From a virus, in IMG/VR virus record IMGVR_UViG_3300023179_003528, positions 1-64,000 of that record: a stretch of DNA of 64,000 nucleotides; one strand, given 5' to 3'. The translations under genes were made by a program, and so were the position numbers. Positions 36,903 through 50,631 of this stretch are shown in pieces. Numbering within the stretch: the first letter of the stretch is position 1; the number at the start of each line of letters is the position of its first letter. The notes beneath the pieces are model-generated. The model was not told where the DNA came from. It made no database searches and saw only the letters and a program-made list of their open reading frames with translations.

Positions 36903-39900
36903 TTATAATTCCTCTAGCGGCTCATTATCTTGGTCTGTTAGGGCAAATCCTCCCTCATTAGTGATTGCAACATCGCCACCATAATAGTAACTATCTGGCA
37001 ATTCAGCAGGTCTAGCCTGTAAGAATCTTGCAGGCACTGTGGTGCTGGTCATTAGTGAATATGTAGATGTGCTATTTACTACATCGTTCCATACATCCTC
37101 TGCATCAAATTCACGTTTAATAATCACTAACTTAATATTCTGCTGCACACTCTCTTTAATATTTAAACTAATAGTTTGATCTTTTATACTAAACTCAGGT
37201 GGTAAATAATCTATGCCGCTGTATTCATAACCGTTGAACGAACCATATTTGTCAGAGTTAGTATAAACCCAAACTTGGTTAGTAGAAGTAATAACATAGG
37301 CAGTGCCTAATACTGTAGTTTCTGGAAGATAGGACACTTCAGATATCCATCTATTTTTACGGCCTTCCTCAGAATTCTTTATGGAATTTTCAATTTCCTC
37401 ATCAGTCAATGAACCACTATTCCCTACATAATTAGACACCCAATAGTTTAATTCGCCTTGGTCTGGATTTCTATTAAAATACTTTAGATAATATCCAATT
37501 ACCGTAGGAGCATAATTAGATGGATCAGCAACAGAAACAGTGACACTTGTGCCGTAAATGGGAGGTTTAGGAATATTTAAAAAGTACGGTGTATCATAGG
37601 TAAACTCTATGTCCTGCCTAAATGTTCCAACTTTGTTCAATACTCTACCGCCGTAAACAACTGTAACTTGGTCCTCTAATCTAATCGGATTTGGCACTGA
37701 GGTTGTTGTGTTTATTGTATTTAAAATTATTCCATCGTTGGTCAGTGTGCTATACGAAACTGTTTGACCAAGATAATTTGTGCTTACTGTAGATGTAGTA
37801 AACGACAATGTACTAATGTAGTAGGTATTACTATTTGCCTGTGTATAATGCACCTGTTTTAAAATTCTTTCAGTAAATGGTATTGTCTGTTGACTACCTT
37901 GATCAATAACTTTTGTATTTTCACGTGAATAAAAACTTGGGCTTGTTCCTAGCGTTCCTCTTCTTAGCTGAGACAATACATTGCTAGCAACCTTAAAAAA
38001 TTCAATGCGTTCGGCATCTACAATGATTACTCCTGGAAGATTTTTTTCTATGTCTGGACTGGTTAAAACTTCTGCATCAGCCACATGAATTTCTAGATCA
38101 TATACTGATAGAGGTTGAGTAAGATAAGTTGAATTCTCTTTACTTAATCGTTTAAAATGTGTCCTATTAAAAATATCATTAAAAATTCTATAGCCTAAAA
38201 TTGTAGTGGCTAACTGCTCATTGCTGAACGTAATTATTGTAACCTCATTAACTTCTGAATGATAAAATTTATCTGAGATTTGAATAGTTACTGCATCACC
38301 TAGTATTTCATAATCATAATGATTAACTAGAGGAACACCATCAACAATAACCCAGACGTAATCTATGTCTAAAGCAGGACGACTAATCACATAACGTCTA
38401 GCAGGGTTACCTCTAAAACGTTCTGTTCTCATCAGCATATCGTCATGATTATTATAGGTTATAACTTTTAATTCATAGGGATATGTTGCCGATCCTGGAG
38501 GGGCAATTGTCAATTGATTGCCTACAATATCGTAATCATAACTATATGATCCAGTTTGTGAAATAGCGGCTATGGCTATCACATCACCGTTAACAATAGG
38601 CACCAGTATAGAAAAAGTATTAGGAATTCCACTATAAGCATAATCAAAACCTCTTCTTAGTTCTCTTCCATTTAAATAAGCCCTAACATCTGTAACACTT
38701 CCATAATTTACACCGTATGTATCAATTTTATAGGCTGTAATTAAAGCATTGCTTACTTTGAAATAAGTTACATCAGGAGGACGCAAAAGTTTTCTTAACC
38801 CCGACGAATTAGATTCTACAATAGTTTGAGCCACTACTGGTTCTATGCTTCCCGGTGGATATGTTAATACCCATGAAACTTCCCCAGCATTATCAACCAC
38901 CAGTATTTCTTCATTTATTTCATTAAAATATCTTTGAGCTGTTCCAAAAAACCATGCTGTTACTGTAGCGGTCGTAGAGTCATCTATATTGTAGACATTA
39001 ACTGCTGCTCTATTACTGTTTTCATTTGCATAGGTTAATATATAACCATAATCAGTTGTTGTTGTAACTTCATTAATGGCTGAACCGTTCACTGTAACAT
39101 AGGCACTTTTAACTGTGCCCAATTGTGCTAAACTTTGCAGTTGAACTGAAGAGGTATTATTTGCTATGACACTAACTGTATCAATAACACCTGCTTCTTT
39201 AAAATCTCTACCTCCACCAACACTTATTATACTCACACCCAATATGCCTTTAATATCCTGAGGAGGAATAATTATGTCATTAGAGGACCATTCTATACTA
39301 AACTCTGTAGATGTTGTAAAGTTTGTTGTTGAATTATAGGACATTAGCCTATTCTCAAACGTTACCACTAAAGAACTACTGTTAGGTGGAGTGATACTCA
39401 AATGCCTTGTGCTTAAGGATCCTGGATAGATAACATAGTAGGTATTAACAATAATAGGGGCACCTTCAGGATGCTTGGTGTAGACATTTATACCGGTACT
39501 TTGATTTATTTCTCCCGGAACTAATTCTTCTGGTGCATAAGTGTGGTTAGGGCTTATAAATGCTTCGCCATCAATTGTAATATCTTCAGGATTTATTCCT
39601 AATGCTGCTATTCTGGTGCTAGTGGTCCAAGATCCGCCTTCTATAGCACTGTCTAAAATTGTAGTTTCTGTATCATAAGTCCAGAATTCTATACTGGCTA
39701 TACTGGTTGTGTTAGTGTATGTCCCATCTACAAAAACAGTAGAAATGGTTGCTGTTAAAGGCAGTCGTGTAGATGTTGTTAATGTAACAGTTCTAGCAGA
39801 AGTATTTACAGATTGAACTCGTGGCGTAACATTAAAGAAGCTACCAGAAAGTTGTTGTTTGCTAGCACTAATTACGTTAACTAATTGTCCAGGAAAAATA

Positions 39901-42900
39901 CCTGTGGTAGTTGTTAGTGTTAACACCGATGTTCCGCTACTGGCAGTATTGGTAACTTCAATATTAGAATAAAATGCAATATCATCAGCCCAAAAACTTA
40001 TACCGTAAGCACTGGTGGTTTGTGAACCTGTTCTTTGATCCACTAACCAATTTATGCCCCACTTAGTTGTATAGTTAAATGGCAGTCCTTCTACAACTGT
40101 TCTCGGAAAAGTTATACCTTGCATGAGCTGATCTAAATCAGTACCGGGCATACCGTCTGTTGGAGCATAATATTCACTAATACGATCAACTGCATTTAGC
40201 AATGCTACATTTTTCTTATACCTAACGGTCAATACCTGGTTAGTTTTAGGTGTGTAATTTAAAAATACCAATTTGGAATATTCTTTCCTATAATCGGTGT
40301 TAGCACCAATATAATCTTTATAATAGACCACAGTATAATCACTGCTTAAAACTATTTGACCATCTAACGTGGGCCGAATTTGAGCCTTATCTGGAACAGC
40401 TATCCATGAAAGAACAAATTCTGTGTCTGCGCCATTACACAAGAATTTGTCCTCTGTGTCTATTTGTGACACTTCTTGACTTCTAGATGTTCTATCAAAC
40501 TTCATGCCAAGTGTCAACTCTCTCACTGTGTCATTTGATAACACAGCATAAGCTGAAGCATTTTCTGTAACTGCTCCTCCTCCTGATATTACTACAACAG
40601 GTGGTCTTGTATACCCAGATCCGTAATTTGTAACTTCAAACCCTACTACCTGTCCTGACCTAATAAATGCTCTTGCAGTCGCTCCAGACCCATTATCTCC
40701 TAATTGGTTTACAAGGGTTATTGTAGGCGTTTCTGTATATCCTGCACCGCCTTTTGACACACGAATACTTCCCACATAATAGGTATAATTATCTACCCAT
40801 GATTTCCATGGATAAGTTAGCATCCATGTGTTGGTAGAAGTAAATGAACTTGCAGGAACGGTTGCTGGTATCTCCAATGTATTGAATCCATTCTTAGGAT
40901 CGTCGTAATATGGAGGAAAATCAAAGTCTGTAATGTAGGTATAACTTGGTTCAGTTTGATTATATTTGGTTGTAAAATTTCTAATTTGAGTATGATATGG
41001 TTTTACTTCTTTAAGGTAATCTTCATAGTATTCGCTGTTTTGAACTTTATATGTAGATCTTTGATCCAGCGAACCAGCATTATTTGTTACATTTATGAAT
41101 GAAGTTTTGAATGCCCAATCCAGTCTCTTTTGCTCAGTTAATGCATATTTTATGGCTTTAAAGAATAAAAGATTATAATGAACTTTTAAATCATTTATAA
41201 ACAAATCTTCCTTAATAGCTTTAAGTATATAAGATGTTTCTACGTAAGGCTCGTAACCGCTGTAATTCCAAATCAAATCTTTTATCTGTAATGATCCTTT
41301 TTCTAAATAAACTAAATTATAGCCCTTGCTAAATGAGCCAACTGTGTCATCATCTATTTTTTCTAATATTATATAGTTGCCCTGACCGTTATTATTAACC
41401 TTAACATAATCACCTAGATCAATCTGCTCAATAGTTTTTAGTTGATATATTTCATCTATGGTATATGCGTAATCAACAAACTTATTATATGTCTCGCTGG
41501 TCCAATCAATATAATCCCAATAAAGACTAGTATTATAACTCTGAGTAGCGACTCTCACCCAGCCTAAAGAATATCCTTGGTATTCATACTTTGACCACTT
41601 ACCATTTTGAGTATTATCAACTTCAACTATTGCTGTATAAGGTCTTACTGTAATGGTAGGGGCAGCAGTAAATCCTTGCCCGGTATTTTTAATTGTAGCT
41701 GTAACTACTTGACCTAGACTATCAATCTCTAGGTCAATCTCAGCTCCCTTGTTATTTTCAATATTAACTCGAGGTGCATAAACATACCTATATCCAGGTT
41801 CAATTATGTTTACTGAAACTATTCTACCGTTATTTAAAGAACAAGATAGTTGCGCCTGTTTTAACATAGAAGTGTTTAAAAAATCTAATCCTTCAGTATC
41901 TTCTAATATTATATCATATCGACCATCGCTTACATGGGGAATTTCTTCTTTAGCTTTTAAATTACTTAGATTATATTTTTCTGTAATTCTTTCTGTAATA
42001 ATAATATCATTTACATATTCAATAATGTTTCTGAGTGCTGTAAATCTATCTGCAAACAGTGTTTGTCTAGGGCGAATTCCTATACCATATTTCTCTCTAA
42101 ATGTTAAATTAGGATCAGGAACTGGATTACCTAATAAATCTTTACCTAACAGGCTGTCATATAATTTTTTCTCTAGCAACGCAGGAGGCATGCTGGTGGA
42201 TGAGCCTTCCTGCATCAATAACCATTCTGTATGTCTAGGAATTGAATTATTAATTATATCAGATGAAATATTTAGACTTATTCTATCATCAATTAATATA
42301 GGTCCCACATTGGCCAATGCCAGGGCATTTTGATCTATAATTTGACCAAACTGTATTCCATACCCAGTGGGGTTTTCAATTATACTGGCCAGCTGAACAG
42401 CAGTGACTCTGCGATTTTTCTTATTAGGCAATATAATTCTATTTTTTACCCAGAAGTAATATACATTGGTAAAACCTCCGGTAGTTGGATTATAAACTTG
42501 TTTTACAGAGACAACATCATTTAGAGGATATTTAGGTTGCCCACTTATACCATCAGTTAAACCTTGTGATGTATCCGCAAGCACTGCCCATTCGCTTGGT
42601 AATAACTCGGTGCCTACCCACTCGTATATATCTATTGTAGAGCCAGGAAATAATCTACCCCAGTTATTTTTTCTATAACTAAGCTCACCTTGTTCATACC
42701 AAACATATTTTACATTGCTGGTATCCCACCATATTTCTCCCACATGCTCATCTAACCAGTTTATTTCTGCATCAATAACTACTTCACTATTTCCCACACT
42801 GTAGACCGCGGGATCAATATTAGATTTATACTTGATATCTTCATCAGCGATACCAGCAATTTTCCCTTTTAATGGATCAATTATATCTAGATGCTCAATA

Positions 42901-45900
42901 ACCTCGTCGTTGAATGTATCATATAATGTTAACTTTTGGACTGTGTTGATATCTACCAATTCATCTTGCTGTCTTAAAACACTCCAACTCTTATCAAGAA
43001 TTTTCTTTTGATACTGATAAAATGCACTTTGAGGAACCTGTTCGCCAATTACAGTTCTATATGCAGGTGCTCCTACATAAACCGAATTATCATTAACAGC
43101 TATACTAAAGCCGAAATTAGTTCCTGTGCTAGGATCTAATATAGGTAATTCATCTGCTAATCTAAATTTGTTAAGATAACGATTGTAAACATAAGCAGTC
43201 CCGCTGTATTTTACCGTGTCAAAAAATGTTGTAGATCCAGAGTCAAATGTTGTTTCATCTGAAAGGTCTGAGTTAGAATCTTTGACAAACTTTGTTTCGT
43301 AAATAGCTTCAGAATTGGCCAATAATGAATCATATCTATCAAAGGTCATTCTTAGATTTTTATTTGTGCCTTGCGCTGTAATAATCAACTCTGTTGAATC
43401 AGAATTAACACCGATGGCCTTGCCAAATTTCATACCTGGGTTAGACACAGGGTTGTGTATGATAGATTCTAAATTAAATTTAACAGAATCAGTAAGAGTA
43501 TTTTTATAAACAGCTACCTTGCCATATGATTGATCGGTGTTGCGTGAATCAGGAGCAGATACAAATAACCAATTGCCATCTGAACTGACAGCTACCGCTT
43601 CTCCAAACTTAGCATTTCTTTCAAATGGGCTAGATATAGTCTGTGCCAATGTTATATTGGTTGTTGTAAAAATTGATACAAATCCAGTGTTAGTGTAATA
43701 ACCAGGTGCGGCAATGGCAACAACTTCAGATTTCTTACTACCACTTATAACCTGTCCCCAGCGTGATCCTGTATTGACTGTTATAGGAGCTGCGATATGT
43801 TTTATATATGAAACATTAACCTGATTAGATGCAGTAGTAAAATTATAAACATAGACCGTGCCTGTGCCTGCAATAGAAATATTTGGAGCACCAACTAATA
43901 ATACCTGTGTATTGCCCAAGTCCAGGTTAGAAACATACACACTAGACCCAAAGCGTTCGTAATTATTAGGGTAAGGGCTAATTAAAGAACCTTGACTGAC
44001 TTCAGTATTGGTTCCTATAAATGTGCTAATTTTTACCAACCCTTCTTCTAACCTAGCACTAAACGAACCAGTATTTCCAGCGAATCTTAAACCTCCAGAG
44101 CTATAAGATTGGCGAGTGTAACTTACCAAAGGTGCACCGGCAAAAACTATACCATATGAACTGGTGTTAAACTTATTCAAATGATAGGCCAATCCTTGAC
44201 CGAAATTTGTAAACCCTCCGGGCCTATAATAAGTTGTGCTAGGAGAATTCACACCGTAACTTGTCACAAGACTTACATCACCTTCAATTTCATTGTATAA
44301 AAATACGGTGCCCGTATTCGTTCCTGTTCCTGCGGCCGCGACAACAAAATTATTATTAGAATCTTTTTGAGTTATTTTATAACCCAACTGTGTTGTAGTA
44401 TTTTCTGCAACTGTCTTGATACTATAACTATTGTAATTTTTAATTTTTTCAATGACTTGCCAATTATTATTACCATTGTCTAATAGCCAATTCTTTGCGC
44501 CGTAGGGCAATCTTAGCAATATATTATCTTTTGGTAAATTATCAAAATCTGCGAATTTTGCTGATTGAAATTTAAAAACTAAACCAACATCTTCAGCGGT
44601 AAAGCCAGTAAAGAAAAAACTAGATGTAGTAGAAATTACAAATGAGTTTATTGTAGGAACTTCTACAATTTGATATACACCATTTACTGTGTCTGCAAAC
44701 TGGCTTATGCTAACCACATCATATCTGTTTATATTATGAGCTTTTTTAGTCTTAAAAATATATCTATCAGTAGAACCTTCTTGCAGACTAACCGATGATA
44801 ACGCAGAACTACCTAAAACATATCTATATACATCCCAATCTTTATTTCTCTTATTACTGATCCATACATAGTCATCAATCAATAATACTCTATTATTTTC
44901 AATATCAGTTAATGAATTTTCGTTATAGGCAGTATAATCAACATCATCAAATCTAACAAACCCAGCAGTTTCAAGTTTAAATATTTCTGTGTCATTGGTT
45001 GTTTTGAATGTAGACGACGACACATATCCATCATATGTAATCAACAAATCTGTTTGAGTTGTATAATATATTAGAGACTTATTGTCAATTTGTATTTCAT
45101 CATTGAAAGTCACAATCTGTGGATTATCTACAAACTCTCCTTCACGCAGTGTTACTTCAATTTGTTTATAGGTCTCAAAAGAACCAAAATGTCCTATTCT
45201 AAATGCCCATTCTTCGTTATAAGAAATTTCACCTTGTAGATTATGAATTGCTGCTTTGGCTAATTTTTCAATGGCATTACGTGTGCCCTTTTCTCTAATA
45301 AATCCTTGATAAAATTTATATTGAGCAATAGGATTAGTAAAAATACTATTAAGATACGGTCTAGGAGTATATCCAATCAAATGCTGCGCCATCTTTTGTT
45401 GGGCAGAATCAAAGTTATCTATATCTAAACTATAAAAATCTTCGAATTGATTGATCTTGTAGTCAAAATTTGGTAACAGTTCTGCTATGGGTTTATCACC
45501 TAATAACACCCATTCGGCAAAATCAAACTTATCAGACCCTATAGTACTATTCTTGGCTGTATAATATTTTCCGTTAAACCTTACTACATCTCCTGCATTG
45601 TAATTTGTATAATTTTTCCAATTTCTAATATAGGCAACGTCATAAACAAATCCTGGGCTAAAATAATCACCGTTCCAATCGCTGGTTCTAAATCCTGTTA
45701 ATCTAATTCTTTGTTGCCTATATCCTGTTGCAGTGTTGTATATAGTATCATTAAAAATTGTTGAATTATTTAGAACAATCGCATGTTCTTTTTGAATATT
45801 GTTAAGAGTGGCAAAGTATAAACCATCAGTAAAATTTACTGTGTTTATGGTACATAAACCATCTTCTCTGTTAACATTGATATTGTTTTTTGGAATAGGA

Positions 45901-48900
45901 ATACCGTTGGCCTGTAGCAAACTATAGTCATAAAAACTGTCAAAAATATTATCAACTACTGTGTTAGGCAGTTTGAACTTTAGAACATCTGCAAAAGGAC
46001 TTAGTGTGATAACACTATTGTTTGCCCAATTTTGACTTGCCCAATATAAAAACTCTTCGCCAGTGAATGACCAATCTACAACACGTACAAGATCTGAATT
46101 ATATACATCAAAAACAAATCCGTGTTCTGTTAACCACTGCCCATAGCCGATTATTAAATCATACACTTCTTGAATACTTGTAAGTTCTGTTCCATATGGA
46201 ATAGTTTCTGTAAAATTATTAAAACTATTCCAACGCTGCACTGTTATTCCACCTTTAATAGGCAAGTAAGGCATGCGTTGATAATATTGCTCATCAAAAT
46301 TAGCAGTTGTCTTATGTCTAGTCTTTACACGATAAAATGCATTATTGTATGTTACAATTTGTCCAACTTCATATAAAACCCCTCCCGATGATACTGTGGC
46401 CGAGGTAGGATCAGTTTGACTTGAACTAGATGTAGGGGCTGTAGACGAGCTCTTCCAATCCACATAAGGTTCACTAACACCACCTACCGTTAATGTAGGT
46501 GTATTAACATTTCTTCTAGGTCTGTATATGGTAAAATATGGATCTTTCTTATCATAGCCTTTGATAACAAAATTGCCATTAGATTTTTGAAGAATTATAC
46601 CACTGATACTGATAGAACTTACAGGATTACTTACATTTAAAATTAGTTTATAGTCTTCAGGTGGCAATACACTACCTGGACTTGTGCTAGTAGGGTCTAT
46701 AGCATCAATAACTACCTGCACTTTATCCTTACTAATAAACCCGCCGACTTTATAAAATAAATTAAAGTCTAAATAATCTAAATCTGATCTTAGATCTGAA
46801 ACGTAATTTCTTGTTCTTGAAAGACCTACTTCAACAACATATTGACTAAATCCAGATAGCAATTCAGATGTTTCTGTATGAATCAAAATATTTTTTAATT
46901 TGATAAAATCTAATGTGCTACCATAGGTAATTTGGCCAGCAGCATTTGTTGAAATTCTGTACGGATCATACATGTATGCTGCGTAGTGCATAGGAGAACA
47001 TAAGGCCATAATCTTCTGCACGGTAAATGGCCAATAGCTACTTCTGCGCCATGCAGATTCGGCAGGACCAATATCGCCTACTTTCCAATTATTTTTCCTT
47101 TGTCCTAATTTAATACTATCAACAATTAGGTCAGGGGCTACAAGATCTCCTTGTCCGTCAACTGGTATTAAATTTAATAGACCGTCTCTAGCATAAAGAG
47201 TATCTGTTCCTTGTCGTGTTCCTTGCCTAATTATACCCAAAGATAGGTCTTCCCATAAGGGAAGATTACCAGATGTATATGGAGCAACTCCATACTCATC
47301 ATCCCACCATGCAGGTTTTTCTGTGAAGCCTAACATCTCCCAAGGATGAGTATGAGGACGATCTGTTCCATATAGGTACCTATACACAGATCTCCAAGAT
47401 CCTGCAACATGAGTATCTATGCTAGAAATATATGCTCCGGTATAGTTCCAGGTCCAAGGATTATCTTCATCAAAGGCCGTATTTGTTTCAGGATCTATAC
47501 CATAAAATCCGCTCCATCTAATAAAATCTTTAGTTATAATTTTATTAATATCAAGTTCACTGAACAAATTATTCTTAAATGCACCTATTAACAATTCATT
47601 GTAATCTAAAAGATCTCGTCTAAAATTTACTTTAATATTATTGTAGACTCTCTTTTCAAATTCTAAAAGAACGTCATCTCTATAATCATTATAACTTCTA
47701 ATAATACTTCCATCGTGGCATTGGATAACATAAACCGGATCAATATATGTGTCGTCTAAATATTTTGCAGGAGTATACTTCTGGTAAATCCCTAACTTAG
47801 TAGGTGTAGGCGGAACATAAGATCCTACTGTGGATGTATATTCTACAACTTTTAAAATGTCACCAACAGATGGTGCGAACAATAATTCTATAGCAGCATC
47901 ATTAGGTACAAAATTATAATCTTGGCCTACTATAAGTTGAACATTATTTAGATATATTAATACAGATTTTTCACTTAAATTTAGAAGATTAAATTCACTT
48001 GAAATTGGATATTCTAAATTGTTGATGTTAGTAACTGTCCATTCACGAATAGTTTTATCTGACCCGTATCCTAACATATCAGAGTAATAATAAGAACTTA
48101 ATAGATCTTTATCTGAATTAAGTTCTTTTAATATTTGATCAACAGCATCAATTGGTGTTGTGGCATCTGTTATATCTGAAATTTTTCGTAAAAATGCTAA
48201 TTTAAATTGATTATAATGATCGGATGCTTTATCTAACGCAGTAATAACACTGTGTTCTTTTTTGCCTATGAAAAATAAACTAAAAGCAATAGGATTAATA
48301 TTAGAAATTAATCTTTTACCATATTTCTCTATATTGTCAATATCTCTAAGATTACTATTGCCAGGAAAATTGCCTACAAAATCAGGGCTGGCATCGATCA
48401 TTGATTTGAGATGATCAGAAACTTCCGTGAACGTCAGCGTTCCAAATTTTTGATTTAAAGGATTATTAGTTAGAGCTAATGGTGATTCCCAATAACCTAC
48501 CTTTCCTAAATCATTGTCAGTATGTATTTTAATTAATAACTTAGACCCTGAACTTAGCTCAGTGTCAAATTCTATTTGTGCTGTTTGATTAATTGTAGAT
48601 ACTGTATAATCGCCAGCATCTAACTTTTTATTATCAACAAATACTTCAATTGAATAACTAGCAATAGGTATAAAAGATTCTAAAATATACGTAGAGGTTG
48701 CTTGATCTAAAACTTTAAATTCTATAATAGGTATACCATACTCTACTGTATCATTCCAAGTATTTTTATACACTTCTCCAGACTGATGACAGTATTTTAC
48801 AAAAGTCTTACTAGTTTCTAAAGTTGTTCCATCTGAATAAGTTATTAGGGAATTATTCAAATAATCTTCAAATATAAATCCGCCTACTCCTTGATTAGAA

Positions 48901-50630
48901 TAATTTATATTAATGTCGAGTATAGAATCTAAATAGGGTCCTTCTTGATAACCAAATATTTTATTTCCTTGAAAATCAGTGTTTGTAAACTGTTCTCCAT
49001 CGTTAGTAAATAGGTCAAAAAGTGGTGCTTGATTTAGTGTATCGTGCGATTGCCCTTGAATCCAATTATCTCCATCGAACCACCAACTTGTTCCTTGATA
49101 TTTGACCCCACTGTTAACAGCACAGACAACTCCTTGTTGAATCTGAGCAACCTCGTGTAATTCTATTCTTTTTCTACCCGCTATAAAAACTATATTAACT
49201 TGATATATCTTATTTCTAACCTGTTCATCTGTATCAGCAACAAAAATTATTCTATTTCCTTGCTCTAAGTGAACTTGATCAGCTATATGAGCAGACCTGC
49301 CTTCTACTAAACTAAATGCATCAGTAATATAGTCATCGATTAAATCTACATTCGGTAGTCCCTCAGTTCCAAAATTGTATAATTTTAGATCGGGTTTAAA
49401 CTCAATAATAGGACGTTTAGCACGCTTATCATTTGGATATACAGGAACAAGATTATTAGCTTCTGCACTTTTTGTTATGACTTCTTTATGAAACCATCTA
49501 TTGTAACGAGACCACGGATTAAGGTCTCTACTTGAACGGTTTATTGTGATATATTCCTGACTGATAGGTAATGCACTGTAATTGTCAAAAGGATATGTGT
49601 CAAACGGACTGGAATCAAAATTTTCATCATAGATTTCACTGAGATTAACATTAGTAATTAGGCTTGCTACATCTATTAATTTAATTGCCTTACCAACTCC
49701 TTCAACAAAATATTCTTTATCTATATACGAAGATGGAACAACTGTGCCACCAAATCTAATTTTCATTCCATTGGTTAATTCAACACCAGTTCCAGAAGTG
49801 TAAAATTGTTTACCTACTATTTCATCTTCTACATTTATAATTGAATCTTCTGCGATATTTCTAACTGCGATAATACCTTTGGCCAAACTAGATGCATCTG
49901 CTGCATAGTATAAAGTATCAGGCGTGTCATTGTCCACCATCATGGTTAAGGTGCCTGCACTTACTCCATTATTTGAGATGTTTTGATTATATAAATCATC
50001 ATTGCCTACACTGGGTTGTGTTTTAATGTAAAATTTATATATAGAATTTATATTAAAATTATAGGTATTACCTCTATAAAGTATTAGTAAAGGATCTTCT
50101 GTAATACCGTCTGGACTAAAAACAAAAGAAGTTTCAGTAGCATTGTCTACAACAGTAAATGTAGACGTAGAATTTAGTTGTGTTCCAGTAATAGTAACTG
50201 TATCAGGTCCATTGACTAGCCAATAATATTCTTGATAATTAACAAATTTGTCAAGATCTATATGTGGATTGTAGGACGCAAAATGGCTTCTATAAATTTT
50301 ATCAAAATTCTTGGAATTACCGTTATTGTAGTTAATGGTATTAGTTAAATCATCAATACCGATAACATCTGTAATCTCACCGGTGTTATCCTTAACCACA
50401 AGTGCTGGTTCTAATTGATAATCTCTACGAAGTTGACTTTTTTCAGTGAGATATAAATCTTGATTAGGATCGTAATTGGGGACAAGTTTAGATCCTATAT
50501 AACCATCAATTCTTTCTACACTAGGAGGCTGAACTAGTTGATCGATGGTGCTAGATAAAAACTTAGCATTTTTTTCTGAACGAATAAATTCAGGTAGTAA
50601 ATTGACAGATTTAATACTCTTTTCAGCCAT
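36903..50630 (-). CDS. Giant (~4575 aa) multidomain baseplate/virion protein
   Basis: Uninterrupted ORF; start likely MAEKSIKS; LLPEF N-terminus, IREKGT, KPYHT motifs; FG-GAP-like propeller repeats; follows wedge gene. Confidence 0.85.
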   Translation of the reverse strand: MAEKSIKSVNLLPEFIRSEKNAKFLSSTIDQLVQPPSVERIDGYIGSKLVPNYDPNQDLYLTEKSQLRRDYQLEPALVVKDNTGEITDVIGIDDLTNTINYNNGNSKNFDKIYRSHFASYNPHIDLDKFVNYQEYYWLVNGPDTVTITGTQLNSTSTFTVVDNATETSFVFSPDGITEDPLLILYRGNTYNFNINSIYKFYIKTQPSVGNDDLYNQNISNNGVSAGTLTMMVDNDTPDTLYYAADASSLAKGIIAVRNIAEDSIINVEDEIVGKQFYTSGTGVELTNGMKIRFGGTVVPSSYIDKEYFVEGVGKAIKLIDVASLITNVNLSEIYDENFDSSPFDTYPFDNYSALPISQEYITINRSSRDLNPWSRYNRWFHKEVITKSAEANNLVPVYPNDKRAKRPIIEFKPDLKLYNFGTEGLPNVDLIDDYITDAFSLVEGRSAHIADQVHLEQGNRIIFVADTDEQVRNKIYQVNIVFIAGRKRIELHEVAQIQQGVVCAVNSGVKYQGTSWWFDGDNWIQGQSHDTLNQAPLFDLFTNDGEQFTNTDFQGNKIFGYQEGPYLDSILDININYSNQGVGGFIFEDYLNNSLITYSDGTTLETSKTFVKYCHQSGEVYKNTWNDTVEYGIPIIEFKVLDQATSTYILESFIPIASYSIEVFVDNKKLDAGDYTVSTINQTAQIEFDTELSSGSKLLIKIHTDNDLGKVGYWESPLALTNNPLNQKFGTLTFTEVSDHLKSMIDASPDFVGNFPGNSNLRDIDNIEKYGKRLISNINPIAFSLFFIGKKEHSVITALDKASDHYNQFKLAFLRKISDITDATTPIDAVDQILKELNSDKDLLSSYYYSDMLGYGSDKTIREWTVTNINNLEYPISSEFNLLNLSEKSVLIYLNNVQLIVGQDYNFVPNDAAIELLFAPSVGDILKVVEYTSTVGSYVPPTPTKLGIYQKYTPAKYLDDTYIDPVYVIQCHDGSIIRSYNDYRDDVLLEFEKRVYNNIKVNFRRDLLDYNELLIGAFKNNLFSELDINKIITKDFIRWSGFYGIDPETNTAFDEDNPWTWNYTGAYISSIDTHVAGSWRSVYRYLYGTDRPHTHPWEMLGFTEKPAWWDDEYGVAPYTSGNLPLWEDLSLGIIRQGTRQGTDTLYARDGLLNLIPVDGQGDLVAPDLIVDSIKLGQRKNNWKVGDIGPAESAWRRSSYWPFTVQKIMALCSPMHYAAYMYDPYRISTNAAGQITYGSTLDFIKLKNILIHTETSELLSGFSQYVVEVGLSRTRNYVSDLRSDLDYLDFNLFYKVGGFISKDKVQVVIDAIDPTSTSPGSVLPPEDYKLILNVSNPVSSISISGIILQKSNGNFVIKGYDKKDPYFTIYRPRRNVNTPTLTVGGVSEPYVDWKSSSTAPTSSSSQTDPTSATVSSGGVLYEVGQIVTYNNAFYRVKTRHKTTANFDEQYYQRMPYLPIKGGITVQRWNSFNNFTETIPYGTELTSIQEVYDLIIGYGQWLTEHGFVFDVYNSDLVRVVDWSFTGEEFLYWASQNWANNSVITLSPFADVLKFKLPNTVVDNIFDSFYDYSLLQANGIPIPKNNINVNREDGLCTINTVNFTDGLYFATLNNIQKEHAIVLNNSTIFNDTIYNTATGYRQQRIRLTGFRTSDWNGDYFSPGFVYDVAYIRNWKNYTNYNAGDVVRFNGKYYTAKNSTIGSDKFDFAEWVLLGDKPIAELLPNFDYKINQFEDFYSLDIDNFDSAQQKMAQHLIGYTPRPYLNSIFTNPIAQYKFYQGFIREKGTRNAIEKLAKAAIHNLQGEISYNEEWAFRIGHFGSFETYKQIEVTLREGEFVDNPQIVTFNDEIQIDNKSLIYYTTQTDLLITYDGYVSSSTFKTTNDTEIFKLETAGFVRFDDVDYTAYNENSLTDIENNRVLLIDDYVWISNKRNKDWDVYRYVLGSSALSSVSLQEGSTDRYIFKTKKAHNINRYDVVSISQFADTVNGVYQIVEVPTINSFVISTTSSFFFTGFTAEDVGLVFKFQSAKFADFDNLPKDNILLRLPYGAKNWLLDNGNNNWQVIEKIKNYNSYSIKTVAENTTTQLGYKITQKDSNNNFVVAAAGTGTNTGTVFLYNEIEGDVSLVTSYGVNSPSTTYYRPGGFTNFGQGLAYHLNKFNTSSYGIVFAGAPLVSYTRQSYSSGGLRFAGNTGSFSARLEEGLVKISTFIGTNTEVSQGSLISPYPNNYERFGSSVYVSNLDLGNTQVLLVGAPNISIAGTGTVYVYNFTTASNQVNVSYIKHIAAPITVNTGSRWGQVISGSKKSEVVAIAAPGYYTNTGFVSIFTTTNITLAQTISSPFERNAKFGEAVAVSSDGNWLFVSAPDSRNTDQSYGKVAVYKNTLTDSVKFNLESIIHNPVSNPGMKFGKAIGVNSDSTELIITAQGTNKNLRMTFDRYDSLLANSEAIYETKFVKDSNSDLSDETTFDSGSTTFFDTVKYSGTAYVYNRYLNKFRLADELPILDPSTGTNFGFSIAVNDNSVYVGAPAYRTVIGEQVPQSAFYQYQKKILDKSWSVLRQQDELVDINTVQKLTLYDTFNDEVIEHLDIIDPLKGKIAGIADEDIKYKSNIDPAVYSVGNSEVVIDAEINWLDEHVGEIWWDTSNVKYVWYEQGELSYRKNNWGRLFPGSTIDIYEWVGTELLPSEWAVLADTSQGLTDGISGQPKYPLNDVVSVKQVYNPTTGGFTNVYYFWVKNRIILPNKKNRRVTAVQLASIIENPTGYGIQFGQIIDQNALALANVGPILIDDRISLNISSDIINNSIPRHTEWLLMQEGSSTSMPPALLEKKLYDSLLGKDLLGNPVPDPNLTFREKYGIGIRPRQTLFADRFTALRNIIEYVNDIIITERITEKYNLSNLKAKEEIPHVSDGRYDIILEDTEGLDFLNTSMLKQAQLSCSLNNGRIVSVNIIEPGYRYVYAPRVNIENNKGAEIDLEIDSLGQVVTATIKNTGQGFTAAPTITVRPYTAIVEVDNTQNGKWSKYEYQGYSLGWVRVATQSYNTSLYWDYIDWTSETYNKFVDYAYTIDEIYQLKTIEQIDLGDYVKVNNNGQGNYIILEKIDDDTVGSFSKGYNLVYLEKGSLQIKDLIWNYSGYEPYVETSYILKAIKEDLFINDLKVHYNLLFFKAIKYALTEQKRLDWAFKTSFINVTNNAGSLDQRSTYKVQNSEYYEDYLKEVKPYHTQIRNFTTKYNQTEPSYTYITDFDFPPYYDDPKNGFNTLEIPATVPASSFTSTNTWMLTYPWKSWVDNYTYYVGSIRVSKGGAGYTETPTITLVNQLGDNGSGATARAFIRSGQVVGFEVTNYGSGYTRPPVVVISGGGAVTENASAYAVLSNDTVRELTLGMKFDRTSRSQEVSQIDTEDKFLCNGADTEFVLSWIAVPDKAQIRPTLDGQIVLSSDYTVVYYKDYIGANTDYRKEYSKLVFLNYTPKTNQVLTVRYKKNVALLNAVDRISEYYAPTDGMPGTDLDQLMQGITFPRTVVEGLPFNYTTKWGINWLVDQRTGSQTTSAYGISFWADDIAFYSNIEVTNTASSGTSVLTLTTTTGIFPGQLVNVISASKQQLSGSFFNVTPRVQSVNTSARTVTLTTSTRLPLTATISTVFVDGTYTNTTSIASIEFWTYDTETTILDSAIEGGSWTTSTRIAALGINPEDITIDGEAFISPNHTYAPEELVPGEINQSTGINVYTKHPEGAPIIVNTYYVIYPGSLSTRHLSITPPNSSSLVVTFENRLMSYNSTTNFTTSTEFSIEWSSNDIIIPPQDIKGILGVSIISVGGGRDFKEAGVIDTVSVIANNTSSVQLQSLAQLGTVKSAYVTVNGSAINEVTTTTDYGYILTYANENSNRAAVNVYNIDDSTTATVTAWFFGTAQRYFNEINEEILVVDNAGEVSWVLTYPPGSIEPVVAQTIVESNSSGLRKLLRPPDVTYFKVSNALITAYKIDTYGVNYGSVTDVRAYLNGRELRRGFDYAYSGIPNTFSILVPIVNGDVIAIAAISQTGSYSYDYDIVGNQLTIAPPGSATYPYELKVITYNNHDDMLMRTERFRGNPARRYVISRPALDIDYVWVIVDGVPLVNHYDYEILGDAVTIQISDKFYHSEVNEVTIITFSNEQLATTILGYRIFNDIFNRTHFKRLSKENSTYLTQPLSVYDLEIHVADAEVLTSPDIEKNLPGVIIVDAERIEFFKVASNVLSQLRRGTLGTSPSFYSRENTKVIDQGSQQTIPFTERILKQVHYTQANSNTYYISTLSFTTSTVSTNYLGQTVSYSTLTNDGIILNTINTTTSVPNPIRLEDQVTVVYGGRVLNKVGTFRQDIEFTYDTPYFLNIPKPPIYGTSVTVSVADPSNYAPTVIGYYLKYFNRNPDQGELNYWVSNYVGNSGSLTDEEIENSIKNSEEGRKNRWISEVSYLPETTVLGTAYVITSTNQVWVYTNSDKYGSFNGYEYSGIDYLPPEFSIKDQTISLNIKESVQQNIKLVIIKREFDAEDVWNDVVNSTSTYSLMTSTTVPARFLQARPAELPDSYYYGGDVAITNEGGFALTDQDNEPLEEL

Positions 50631-50631
50631 A

